Assembly: GCA_963789205.1 (NCBI GenBank)
Contig: CAWBJV010000006.1
Span: 277,865-341,864 of the forward strand
DNA length: 64,000 bases
Source: an uncultured Acidobacteriaceae bacterium
GTDB lineage: Bacteria > Acidobacteriota > Terriglobia > Terriglobales > Acidobacteriaceae
Direction of reading: 5' to 3'
Under the pieces are notes generated by a model. That model had not been told where the DNA came from. It made no database searches and worked only from the letters and a program-made list of their open reading frames with translations. This document shows positions 21,547 through 29,323 of the stretch, in pieces. A program made the translations under genes and the position numbers. The number at the start of each line of letters is the position of its first letter. The first letter of the stretch is position 1.

Positions 21547-21831
21547 CGTGTTCTCCTGTTCAGATCGTAGGCCGCGAGCCACCCGACTTGGCTAATTTTA
21601 TGACTTTTGTGGTCGCCACATTAGCGGGAAGGACGCGAGGCCCTGCGCGGGAACGCATGTGGGTGCTGCTGAAAATGCCGATTTCCGCATACTATCGCCT
21701 ACTAAAAACAGTCGTTTTTGAGGGCCAAAATTTCTCAGTTATACTGGAACAGCGGTTTTGGGCCGCCGCGCTCAAAGCCAATAGCGATGCGGGTTTTGCC
21801 AGTAAAACTGAGAAAATTGGCACGTAGAGTA

Positions 21832-21853
21832 CGATTCCCGGTAGCGCTACCAA
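21832..21853 (+). repeat. 22-bp exact copy of the tRNA-Glu 3' end (att-like direct repeat)
   Basis: cgattcccggtagcgctaccaa at 21832-21853 is identical to 21032-21053 (T-arm 3' half, acceptor 3' strand, CCA and one more base). Confidence 0.9.
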
Positions 21854-21960
21854 GCTTTCCTGCTCCGCTTCCAAGTTGAAGAAAATCAGTTCTCGCCATA
21901 GATCTTCGCCATTTGCAGCTTAGCGACCTTCACGCCCTCTGAAATGCTAAGATTTCCGGC

Positions 21961-22905
21961 ATGCCACTGCGCAGCAAGCTCAAGAAGGCCACGCACGCGG
22001 TGGGAAAGTCCGCAGTGGGAAAAGCTCGTGGGCGCAAAGGCCAGCCGCACGCCGCGGAACTTGTCATCATTACCGGCATGAGCGGATCGGGGAAGGCTTC
22101 GGCGCTGAAGGCGTTCGAAGATCTCGGCTACTACTGCGTGGACAATCTTCCGGTGGAGCTGATTCCGCGGTTTGCCGAGCTGGCGTTGCGGTCGGGAGAA
22201 ATACCGCGCACGGCGCTGGTGGTGGATGTGCGCGAGGGTTCGCAACTCGAGAAACTGCCGGCGATTCTGAAGTCGGTGAAACGGACGATACCGACGCGGG
22301 TGATTTATCTGGAAGCGAGTGATGCCGCGCTGCTGCGGCGCTACAGCGAGACGCGGCGGCCGCATCCGCTGGGAAAGGGCACGACGGTGCGGGCATCGCT
22401 CGGGGCCGAGCGGCGGCATCTGCGGGCGCTTCGCGCGCTTGCTGACCTGGTCATTGACACTTCCAAATTTAACGTTCATGAACTGCGGGCGCACTTGACC
22501 GACCGGTTCAAGCAGCACTCTGGAAGCCAGCAGACGATTCTGGTCTCATGCGTGAGTTTCGGATACAAACACGGCTTGCCCGACGATGCCGACCTGGTCT
22601 TTGATGTGCGCTTTCTGCCCAACCCTCATTTTGTGCCGGAGTTTCGTGCGCTGACCGGACGCGATCCCCGGGTCGCGAAATATATTCGATCGTTTCCGCA
22701 GACGCCTGAGTTCATCAACCGCATCTCCGACCTGCTGGTCTATCTGCTGCCGCACTACATTCGCGAGGGGAAGAGCTACCTGACCATCAGCTTCGGATGC
22801 ACGGGCGGACAGCATCGCTCGGTGATGATCGCCGAAGATGTAAGCAAGCGACTGCGGAAAGCGGGATACAAAGTGAAGGTTGCGCATCGAGACAGTCCGA
22901 AGTAA
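21961..22905 (+). CDS. rapZ: RNase adapter protein RapZ (P-loop NTPase YhbJ family)
   Basis: 314-aa ORF. 'LVIITGMSGSGKASALKAFEDLGYYCVDNLP' and 'ISFGCTGGQHRSV' match RapZ hallmarks. Confidence 0.85.
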   Translation: MPLRSKLKKATHAVGKSAVGKARGRKGQPHAAELVIITGMSGSGKASALKAFEDLGYYCVDNLPVELIPRFAELALRSGEIPRTALVVDVREGSQLEKLPAILKSVKRTIPTRVIYLEASDAALLRRYSETRRPHPLGKGTTVRASLGAERRHLRALRALADLVIDTSKFNVHELRAHLTDRFKQHSGSQQTILVSCVSFGYKHGLPDDADLVFDVRFLPNPHFVPEFRALTGRDPRVAKYIRSFPQTPEFINRISDLLVYLLPHYIREGKSYLTISFGCTGGQHRSVMIAEDVSKRLRKAGYKVKVAHRDSPK

Positions 22906-22935
22906 GGAATCACTGTAGAATTGAGCCTTACACGC

Positions 22936-24828
22936 ATGGCAACCTCAACAGTGGCGGGCCCGAAGACCGCAGAAACACCGGCAAAGCCCCATCCAGCCCG
23001 CCCAATCGCCCGGCTGTTGCGCTACGTTCTTCCTTACTGGTGGCAGTTTCTCGTTTCGGTGGCACTGATGGCGCTTGTGGGCCTGTTGGATGCGGGCCGG
23101 GTTCTGCTCATCGGCCCGATTTTTGATCGCGTGCTGAATCCCGGGTCCCAGGGAAGAACCATCCAGCTGTTCAGGCTGCCGGGCACCGAGCGCTTTCTTA
23201 ACCTCCAACAACTGGTTCCGTCGCATTTTCAAAATCCGTGGACGGTGGTTGCTTTTGCGCTGGTGGCGGCCACGGTGTTGAAGGGGATCTTCGACTACGC
23301 CGGAACCTACCTGGTGAACTACGCGGGGTTTGGGATGATCACCGACCTGCGGGACGATTTGTATAACGCCATCCTGCGGAGTTCGGCCGCATTTTTCACG
23401 AAACACACCACGGGCACGTTGCTCTCGACGATGGTCAACGATATCGAGAGGGTGCAATATGCGATGTCGGGAGTGCTGGCGGAATTCCTGCAGCAATTTT
23501 TCACTCTGATCTTCACGGCGGCGGTAGTGGTTCTGCTGGGAGAAAAGCTGGCGTGGGTGCTGTTGCTGTTCGTTCCCGTGATTTTGTACTCGTCGAGAAA
23601 AATCGGCCGGCAGGTGCGCAGCACGACGCGGGGCGGACAGGACAAGCTGGCGGAGATCCAGAACATTCTGCACGAAACGATTACGGGAAATCGGATCGTC
23701 AAGGCGTTTGGGATGGAGAACTGGGAAGTGGAGCGCTTCCGCGCTGCCGCGCGACGGCTGTTCCGCGCGAATCTTCGGCTGGTGGCGGCGTTCGCGATCA
23801 GCTCTCCGCTGATGGATATTCTCGGCGCGATCGCCATTGCGCTGTTGTTGCTGATGGGCCGCGACGCAATCAATAAGCACGTTTTTACGGCGGGAACTTT
23901 TCTGGCCTTCATTGTGGCGGTGTTCAAGCTCTACGATCCGGTACGCAAGTTCGCTCTGTTCAACAATAATTTCCAGCAGGCGGTGGGAGCTTCGTCGGAG
24001 ATTTTCCGCTTCATGGATATGGAAGATGAAGTGCGCGAGAAGCCAGGCGCGAAGCGGATGGGGAAGTTTGCACGGGCGATCCGGTTTGTGGACGTGTCTT
24101 TCTCCTATTCCAATTCCAATGAGAACGTCGGAGATTCGCCGCTGGTGCTGCATGACGTCAATCTGGAAGTGAAGGCGGGCGAGGTGCTGGCAGTGGTGGG
24201 ATCGAGCGGCGCGGGCAAGAGCACGCTGGTGCACCTGATCCCGCGCTTCTTTGACGTCAGCAGCGGGCGGATTCTGATTGACGACAACGATGTGCGGGAT
24301 GTGACGCTGGAATCGCTGCGATCGCAGATCGGGATTGTCACGCAGGAGACGGTGTTGTTCAACGATACGGTGAGGAACAACATCGCCTACGGCCAGCCGC
24401 ACGTATCGCAGAAACAGGTGGAAGAAGCGGCCCGGGCGGCGCGAGCCTATGAATTCATTCGCGGGCTTCCAGAAGGTTACAACACCATGATCGGGGAGCG
24501 CGGCGTGCGGCTTTCGGGCGGAGAGCGGCAGCGGATCGCGATTGCGCGGGCCATCCTGAAAAATGCGCCGATTCTGATTCTTGACGAAGCGACGTCGGCG
24601 CTGGACAGCGAGTCCGAGTCGCTGGTGCAATCGGCACTGCAAAATCTCATAAGCGGGCGTACTGTGTTTGTGATCGCGCATCGGCTCTCGACCGTGCGGC
24701 GCGCGGATCGTATCGTTGTGCTGGAAAACGGCACGATCGCCGACATTGGCGCGCACGAAGAGCTCATGCAAAAGCTGGGCACGTACCGGCGGCTTTACGA
24801 ATTGCAGTTTGCGGAAATACCCACGTAG
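22936..24828 (+). CDS. ABC exporter, fused permease/ATPase, MsbA-like
   Basis: Six-TM N-terminal half, then Walker A 'GSSGAGKSTL', signature 'LSGGERQRIAIARA' and Walker B 'ILILDEATSALD'. ATG 22936 is chosen within ORF 22921..24828. Confidence 0.85.
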   Translation: MATSTVAGPKTAETPAKPHPARPIARLLRYVLPYWWQFLVSVALMALVGLLDAGRVLLIGPIFDRVLNPGSQGRTIQLFRLPGTERFLNLQQLVPSHFQNPWTVVAFALVAATVLKGIFDYAGTYLVNYAGFGMITDLRDDLYNAILRSSAAFFTKHTTGTLLSTMVNDIERVQYAMSGVLAEFLQQFFTLIFTAAVVVLLGEKLAWVLLLFVPVILYSSRKIGRQVRSTTRGGQDKLAEIQNILHETITGNRIVKAFGMENWEVERFRAAARRLFRANLRLVAAFAISSPLMDILGAIAIALLLLMGRDAINKHVFTAGTFLAFIVAVFKLYDPVRKFALFNNNFQQAVGASSEIFRFMDMEDEVREKPGAKRMGKFARAIRFVDVSFSYSNSNENVGDSPLVLHDVNLEVKAGEVLAVVGSSGAGKSTLVHLIPRFFDVSSGRILIDDNDVRDVTLESLRSQIGIVTQETVLFNDTVRNNIAYGQPHVSQKQVEEAARAARAYEFIRGLPEGYNTMIGERGVRLSGGERQRIAIARAILKNAPILILDEATSALDSESESLVQSALQNLISGRTVFVIAHRLSTVRRADRIVVLENGTIADIGAHEELMQKLGTYRRLYELQFAEIPT

Positions 24829-24857
24829 GGACAGCCGCCCTCGGCTGTCCCTACGTG
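24822..24857. terminator. REP-type perfect hairpin overlapping the ABC exporter stop codon
   Basis: CACGTAGGGACAGCCG (24822-24837), loop CCCT, CGGCTGTCCCTACGTG (24842-24857), then TTT. The stop TAG (24826-24828) lies inside the left arm. Confidence 0.65.
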
Positions 24858-24872
24858 TTTCGGACTGACTCT

Positions 24873-25760
24873 ATGCCACTTCGCTCCATGACGGGATTCG
24901 CGCAGGTCAAAGGGCAGGTCAACGCCCAGATGGCGTTTGCGCTGTCGCTGAAATCCGTGAATCATCGTTTCCTCGATCTTCACTTCCGGCTGCCATCCGA
25001 TACCGACGCGCTGGAGATGAAGCTGCGCCGGATCCTGAAAGAGAAACTGGCTCGCGGCCACGTGGAAGTGATACTGAACCTGGATCGCTCGGGCACGAAC
25101 GGGGTTGCGCTCAACCGGCAACTGATTGCCAGCTATGTGGCAGCGTTCCGCGCCGCAGCCGAGGAATTTGAGGTTGAGGGTGAGCCCGATCTGAACGTGG
25201 TTCTGAGGATGCCCGGCGCGATGGATTCGGGAGCCGAGAAATCGGGCGACGAACTGGAGACTGCTGTAATGGCGCGCGTGGAAGAAGCGCTTTCCAAACT
25301 GAATGAGATGCGCGAAGAAGAAGGCCGAAGCATCAGCACGGAATTGCGCGCTCGCATGGCAAGTCTGGAAAAAGCGGCCGCCGGGGTGGAAGCCCATCGC
25401 AGCACCATCCTGCGCAGCTACTCGGAACGCCTGCAGTCGCGCATGGCGGAGATGCTCGGCGCACAGGTGGACAAAGAACGAATCCTCCAGGAAGTGGCGG
25501 TGCTGGTGGATCGCAGCGACATTCAGGAAGAACTGGTCCGGCTGAATGCGCACGTGAAACATTTTCTCGGATTGCTCGACCAGGGTGCCGAGGTGGGCAA
25601 GAAAATGGACTTCCTGCTGCAGGAAATGAACCGCGAGGCGAACACTTTGCTTTCGAAGACCTCGGGCCTGGCCGGCGAAGCCTTGAAGATTACGGAGATG
25701 GGTCTGCTGATGAAGTCCGAGATCGAGAAATCGCGGGAGCAGGTACAGAATCTGGAATGA
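24873..25760 (+). CDS. yicC: YicC-family stress-induced protein
   Basis: 'MPLRSMTGFAQ...SLKSVNHRFLDL' N-terminus and C-terminal 'GKKMDFLLQEMNREANTLLSKT...EIEKSREQVQNLE' are typical of YicC. ATG 24873 is preferred over the GTG at 24855 inside the hairpin. Confidence 0.85.
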   Translation: MPLRSMTGFAQVKGQVNAQMAFALSLKSVNHRFLDLHFRLPSDTDALEMKLRRILKEKLARGHVEVILNLDRSGTNGVALNRQLIASYVAAFRAAAEEFEVEGEPDLNVVLRMPGAMDSGAEKSGDELETAVMARVEEALSKLNEMREEEGRSISTELRARMASLEKAAAGVEAHRSTILRSYSERLQSRMAEMLGAQVDKERILQEVAVLVDRSDIQEELVRLNAHVKHFLGLLDQGAEVGKKMDFLLQEMNREANTLLSKTSGLAGEALKITEMGLLMKSEIEKSREQVQNLE

Positions 25761-25799
25761 GCCCGGTCAGATGAGCCGGCTTGAATGAGCTACGTTTAA

Positions 25800-26489
25800 A
25801 TGAGCATCGTCTACATTGTTTCCGCGCCATCGGGTTCGGGTAAATCCACGCTCGTGAACGAACTGTTCAAGATGGTTCGTAACCTGGACTTCTCAATTTC
25901 CTACACCACGCGCCCGCCGCGCGGCAGCGAACAGAATGGCAAAGAATATTTCTTTGTCTCCAAAAAGGAATTCGAAGCCATGATCGCGGCCGATGAGTTT
26001 CTGGAGTACGCGACGGTCTTCGGAAATTACTACGGCACGGCGCGGCGGTTTCTCAAAGAAGCGGAAAACCGAAGTAACGACCTGTTACTGGACATCGATG
26101 TGCAGGGAGCGAGTAAAATCAAGGAGAAGATTCCGCAAGCGGTCAGCATCTTCATTCTTCCGCCCGACCGGGAGAAGTTGGAATGGCGGTTGCGGAGTCG
26201 GGGCCTCGATTCAGAGGAAGTAATCCGGCGACGGTTGGACACCGCCCGGCGTGAGATTGAGAATTACGAGAAATACGACTACATTTTAGTAAACAACCTG
26301 CTTGAGCAATCCGCCGACGAACTAAAGGACATAGTGCTGGCGGAGCGGTTGCTGCGAAGCGGGGCGGAACTTACCGGTGAGGAAAGGCGGCTGGTGGAGA
26401 TCGCAAAGGCTTGCCGGCTGGAACAGGCACGTGAGCGGGTGCAGCCGATTCTGGCTTCGTTTAATCCGCAAGTGGCAAAAGGCAGCTGA
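25800..26489 (+). CDS. gmk: Guanylate kinase
   Basis: P-loop 'SAPSGSGKSTL', 'SYTTRPPRGSEQNGKEYFFVS', 'YATVFGNYYGT'. Conserved yicC-gmk-rpoZ order. Confidence 0.9.
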   Translation: MSIVYIVSAPSGSGKSTLVNELFKMVRNLDFSISYTTRPPRGSEQNGKEYFFVSKKEFEAMIAADEFLEYATVFGNYYGTARRFLKEAENRSNDLLLDIDVQGASKIKEKIPQAVSIFILPPDREKLEWRLRSRGLDSEEVIRRRLDTARREIENYEKYDYILVNNLLEQSADELKDIVLAERLLRSGAELTGEERRLVEIAKACRLEQARERVQPILASFNPQVAKGS

Positions 26490-26508
26490 AGTTCGGGGGA
26501 GAGAGAGT

Positions 26509-26748
26509 ATGAAGCTGATTGAAGGGTTCGACAGCAACTACCGCTACATTCTGGTAGCGGCGCGGCGGGCACGGCAACTGCAAGGCGGCGCACCCCCGGT
26601 GATCGATACCGGATCGCGCAAACCTTGCCGCATCGCGCAGGATGAAATCAAGGCTGGCAAGGTCAAATGGCTGATTCCGGAGATCCCGAAATTGCCCGTG
26701 GTAGCCGCGACCGAGACTCTGAACAAGGTGTTCGCGGAAGACGCGTAA
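26509..26748 (+). CDS. rpoZ: DNA-directed RNA polymerase omega subunit
   Basis: 79 aa from ATG 26509, preceded by GGGGGAGAGAG. 'NYRYILVAARRARQLQ' is the omega signature. It follows gmk. Confidence 0.8.
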   Translation: MKLIEGFDSNYRYILVAARRARQLQGGAPPVIDTGSRKPCRIAQDEIKAGKVKWLIPEIPKLPVVAATETLNKVFAEDA

Positions 26749-26768
26749 CGGTAAAGACTGCTGCTGTA

Positions 26769-26826
26769 GAGTACGGGGCTTGCCCCGTCTCACCGCGCGC
26801 CGAGAGACGCTGCAAGCCGCGTCTCT
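26769..26826. repeat. Two REP-type hairpins of the GTAGAGACG..GC family downstream of rpoZ
   Basis: GAGTACGGGGC-TT-GCCCCGTCTC (26769-26791) and AGAGACGC-TGCAAGCC-GCGTCTCT (26803-26826). Related copies are at 31983-32000, 36027-36055 and 36076-36098. Confidence 0.6.
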
Positions 26827-26920
26827 ACGATTTCGGGGCATCCGGAATCCTTGTCCGGGCGGCGGCATCAATTCTGTAGGCGGGGCTGAGTCTTAAAGCC
26901 GCGGCCGTCGCCTTCCTGCT

Positions 26921-28135
26921 ATGAAAATTGCGCTGGGCGTGTCCGGTGGAGTGGCAGCTTATAAGGCGGCGGAAATCGTGCGCCTCCTTCAGGACCGAGG
27001 CATTCGTGTGCAAGTCGTCATGACACATGGGGCGCAGGAGTTCATTCGCCCACTGACGTTCGCAGCGCTCTCCGGAGAAAAAGTGATCACCGACATGTTC
27101 GGTTCGGCGTCCGGAGCCGAGACAGCGAATGTCGAGTCGGCGATCGAGCACATCGCGGTTGCCCAGTCAATTGACGCGCTGGTGGTGGTTCCTGCGACGG
27201 CCGATGTCCTGGCGCGCTTCGCGCAGGGGATCGCGAACGACTTTCTGAGCACTCTTTATCTCGCGACCACCGCCCCGGTGGTAGTGGCTCCGGCGATGAA
27301 CGTCAACATGTGGAATCACGAGGCCACGCAGGCGAATGTGGAAATCCTGCGCAAGCGCGGCGTTCGCATTGTCGAGCCTGGCGAGGGTTATCTGGCATGC
27401 GGGATGACCGGGTCGGGGCGACTGGCGGACAACGAAACGATTGTGGCGGCGGTCATGGAAGCGCTGGGCGCTTCACAGGATCTCGCGGGCGAGACGATTC
27501 TGGTAACAGCAGGGCCGACGCGCGAAAAGATCGATCCAGTGCGGTATTTGACCAACCGGTCGAGCGGGCGCATGGGCTATGCCATTGCGGAAGCGGCGCT
27601 GCGTCGCGGAGCGCGCGTGCTGCTGGTGAGCGGTCCGACGGCGATTGCGGCTCCGGGCGCGGCCGAACTGACGCAGGTCGAGACTGCGGAAGAGATGCTG
27701 GCGGCAGTTTTGAAATTCCTACCCGAAGCCACGGTGGTAATCAAGACGGCGGCCGTAGCGGACTTCCGGCCGATAGTGGCGGCAGGGCAGAAGATCAAGC
27801 GCAAGGGCGAGATGAAGTTGGAACTGGAACCGACAGCGGATATTCTGGCAGAGGTGGTGCGCCGGAAGACCACCCAGATCGTCGTCGGATTTGCGGCTGA
27901 GACGGAGAACGTACTGGAAAACGCGCACAAGAAGCTGGCATCGAAGTCGCTCGACGCAATTGTAGTAAATGACGTCTCGCGCGAGGGGGTTGGTTTTGAT
28001 TCCGACCGTAACGCGGTCGCTATAATCTCGCAGAGCGAAGTAGTCGAGGTTCCCGAGACCTCGAAATGGGAAGTCGCGCACCGCGTGCTCGACCAGGTAG
28101 TGAAGCTGCGGAAACGGGCAGCAATCCCCACGTAG
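26921..28135 (+). CDS. coaBC: Bifunctional phosphopantothenoylcysteine decarboxylase / phosphopantothenate-cysteine ligase
   Basis: 404 aa. Flavoprotein N-terminal half 'KIALGVSGGVAAYKAAEIVRLL...PAMNVNMW' and CoaB half 'ILVTAGPTREKIDPVRYLTNRSSGRMG'. Confidence 0.9.
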   Translation: MKIALGVSGGVAAYKAAEIVRLLQDRGIRVQVVMTHGAQEFIRPLTFAALSGEKVITDMFGSASGAETANVESAIEHIAVAQSIDALVVVPATADVLARFAQGIANDFLSTLYLATTAPVVVAPAMNVNMWNHEATQANVEILRKRGVRIVEPGEGYLACGMTGSGRLADNETIVAAVMEALGASQDLAGETILVTAGPTREKIDPVRYLTNRSSGRMGYAIAEAALRRGARVLLVSGPTAIAAPGAAELTQVETAEEMLAAVLKFLPEATVVIKTAAVADFRPIVAAGQKIKRKGEMKLELEPTADILAEVVRRKTTQIVVGFAAETENVLENAHKKLASKSLDAIVVNDVSREGVGFDSDRNAVAIISQSEVVEVPETSKWEVAHRVLDQVVKLRKRAAIPT

Positions 28136-28160
28136 GTACAGCCGCCCTCGGCTGTCCGTC
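28131..28160. repeat. Degenerate copy of the GTAGGGACAGCCG-CCCT-CGGCTGTCC REP, overlapping the coaBC stop
   Basis: cgtaggtacagccgccctcggctgtccgtc. The stop TAG at 28133-28135 lies inside the element, as at 24826. Confidence 0.55.
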
Positions 28161-28234
28161 GCGCGCAGCTCGACAGAAGTTCAGCATTGGGTTCCGCACC
28201 CCGCACATCCCACCATTTGTTATTCTTATCCGCA

Positions 28235-29131
28235 ATGCCCCGTACCCTTGATCCTGAACTTCGCCGCGCACTAGCCGCACGTATTCGCTACTACAACGAG
28301 ATGGGGATCTATGATTTCTACCGCCGGCCGGTGCCAGTCCACGCCGAAGAACTTGTGGCGCTCATTGCCGTGGACGAACAAGAAATTGCTGTTTCTACAA
28401 ATCCAGAATCGGGAGAAGAGATGAGTCCACGGAAGGCCACGGCGGTCGCAATGCCGGTCGTGGCCGATGAGAATATTTTTGAGGTGATCGCGCTGAAGCC
28501 CGAGCAGAGCGTGAGCGATCCGGTGAAGGCGCTGAAGATCATCCGCGAGGACCTGGGCGACTGTACCCGCTGCGTGCTCCACAAGCAGGGGCGCAAGCAG
28601 ATTGTGTTTGGTGTTGGCAATCCGACGGCCGAGTTGATGTTCGTGGGCGAGGGGCCGGGCGCTGATGAAGACGAAAAGGGTGAGCCGTTCGTGGGACGCG
28701 CCGGGCAACTGCTCAACAACATGATCAAAGCGATGGGGATCGAGCGCGAGCAGGTGTACATCGCGAACATCGTGAAATGCCGTCCGCCGGGCAATCGCCA
28801 GCCAGAGCGCGAGGAGTGCGCGACCTGCTCTCCGTTCCTGATGCGGCAGATCGCAGTGGTCAAGCCAAAGGTGATCGTGGCCCTCGGCGCCACCGCCGCC
28901 AAGACGCTACTGGCGATCAACTCTTCGATGATCCAACTACGCGGACGCTTTTACGACTTCAGGCCGGCGGGCGTACGCAGCAACGATCCCAACTGGGATG
29001 GATGCAAGCTCGCGGTCACCTACCATCCGGCGTTTCTGTTGCGCGATCCGCGGCAGAAGGGCGAGGCGTGGAAGGACCTGCAGATGGTGATGAAGGAATT
29101 GGGGCTGAAGGCGCCAAAACAGAATACGTAG
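28235..29131 (+). CDS. Family-4 uracil-DNA glycosylase with N-terminal extension
   Basis: '[51 protein letters not shown]...[11 protein letters not shown]' carries the family-4 UDG Cys and GEGPG motifs. ATG 28235 is chosen within ORF 28187..29131. Confidence 0.8.
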   Translation: MPRTLDPELRRALAARIRYYNEMGIYDFYRRPVPVHAEELVALIAVDEQEIAVSTNPESGEEMSPRKATAVAMPVVADENIFEVIALKPEQSVSDPVKALKIIREDLGDCTRCVLHKQGRKQIVFGVGNPTAELMFVGEGPGADEDEKGEPFVGRAGQLLNNMIKAMGIEREQVYIANIVKCRPPGNRQPEREECATCSPFLMRQIAVVKPKVIVALGATAAKTLLAINSSMIQLRGRFYDFRPAGVRSNDPNWDGCKLAVTYHPAFLLRDPRQKGEAWKDLQMVMKELGLKAPKQNT

Positions 29132-29171
29132 GGACGGACGCATTCGTCCGTCCAGCCGGGCGAAGCCCGGC
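29132..29171 (+). terminator. Tandem hairpins immediately after the UDG stop
   Basis: GGACGGACG-CATT-CGTCCGTCC (29132-29153) and GCCGGGC-GAA-GCCCGGC (29155-29171), followed by cagcTTTTcc. Confidence 0.5.
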
Positions 29172-29323
29172 CAGCTTTTCCCGCTACTATGATGCAGCTC
29201 CGTGAACTCGGTCTCGAGAATTTCTCCACGATGAACCGCAAACGCTTTTCTAGATTTGGCCATTGTCTCCCCGCGTCTAAAGTGTGATCGGAAATGCGAT
29301 AGGATTTCATTAGTCCCCAACGC

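Noticed and set aside
22945-24771. Very long antisense ORFs opposite real genes (608 aa opposite the ABC exporter; also 891..2087, 5205..6239, 18439..20007, 30221..31330, 46141..47496, 48797..50113)
   Set aside because: Each lies entirely within a gene on the other strand that has clear family motifs. Their translations are Arg/Gly/Pro-rich with no recognisable motifs. Stop-poor shadow frames are expected at about 60-65% GC.
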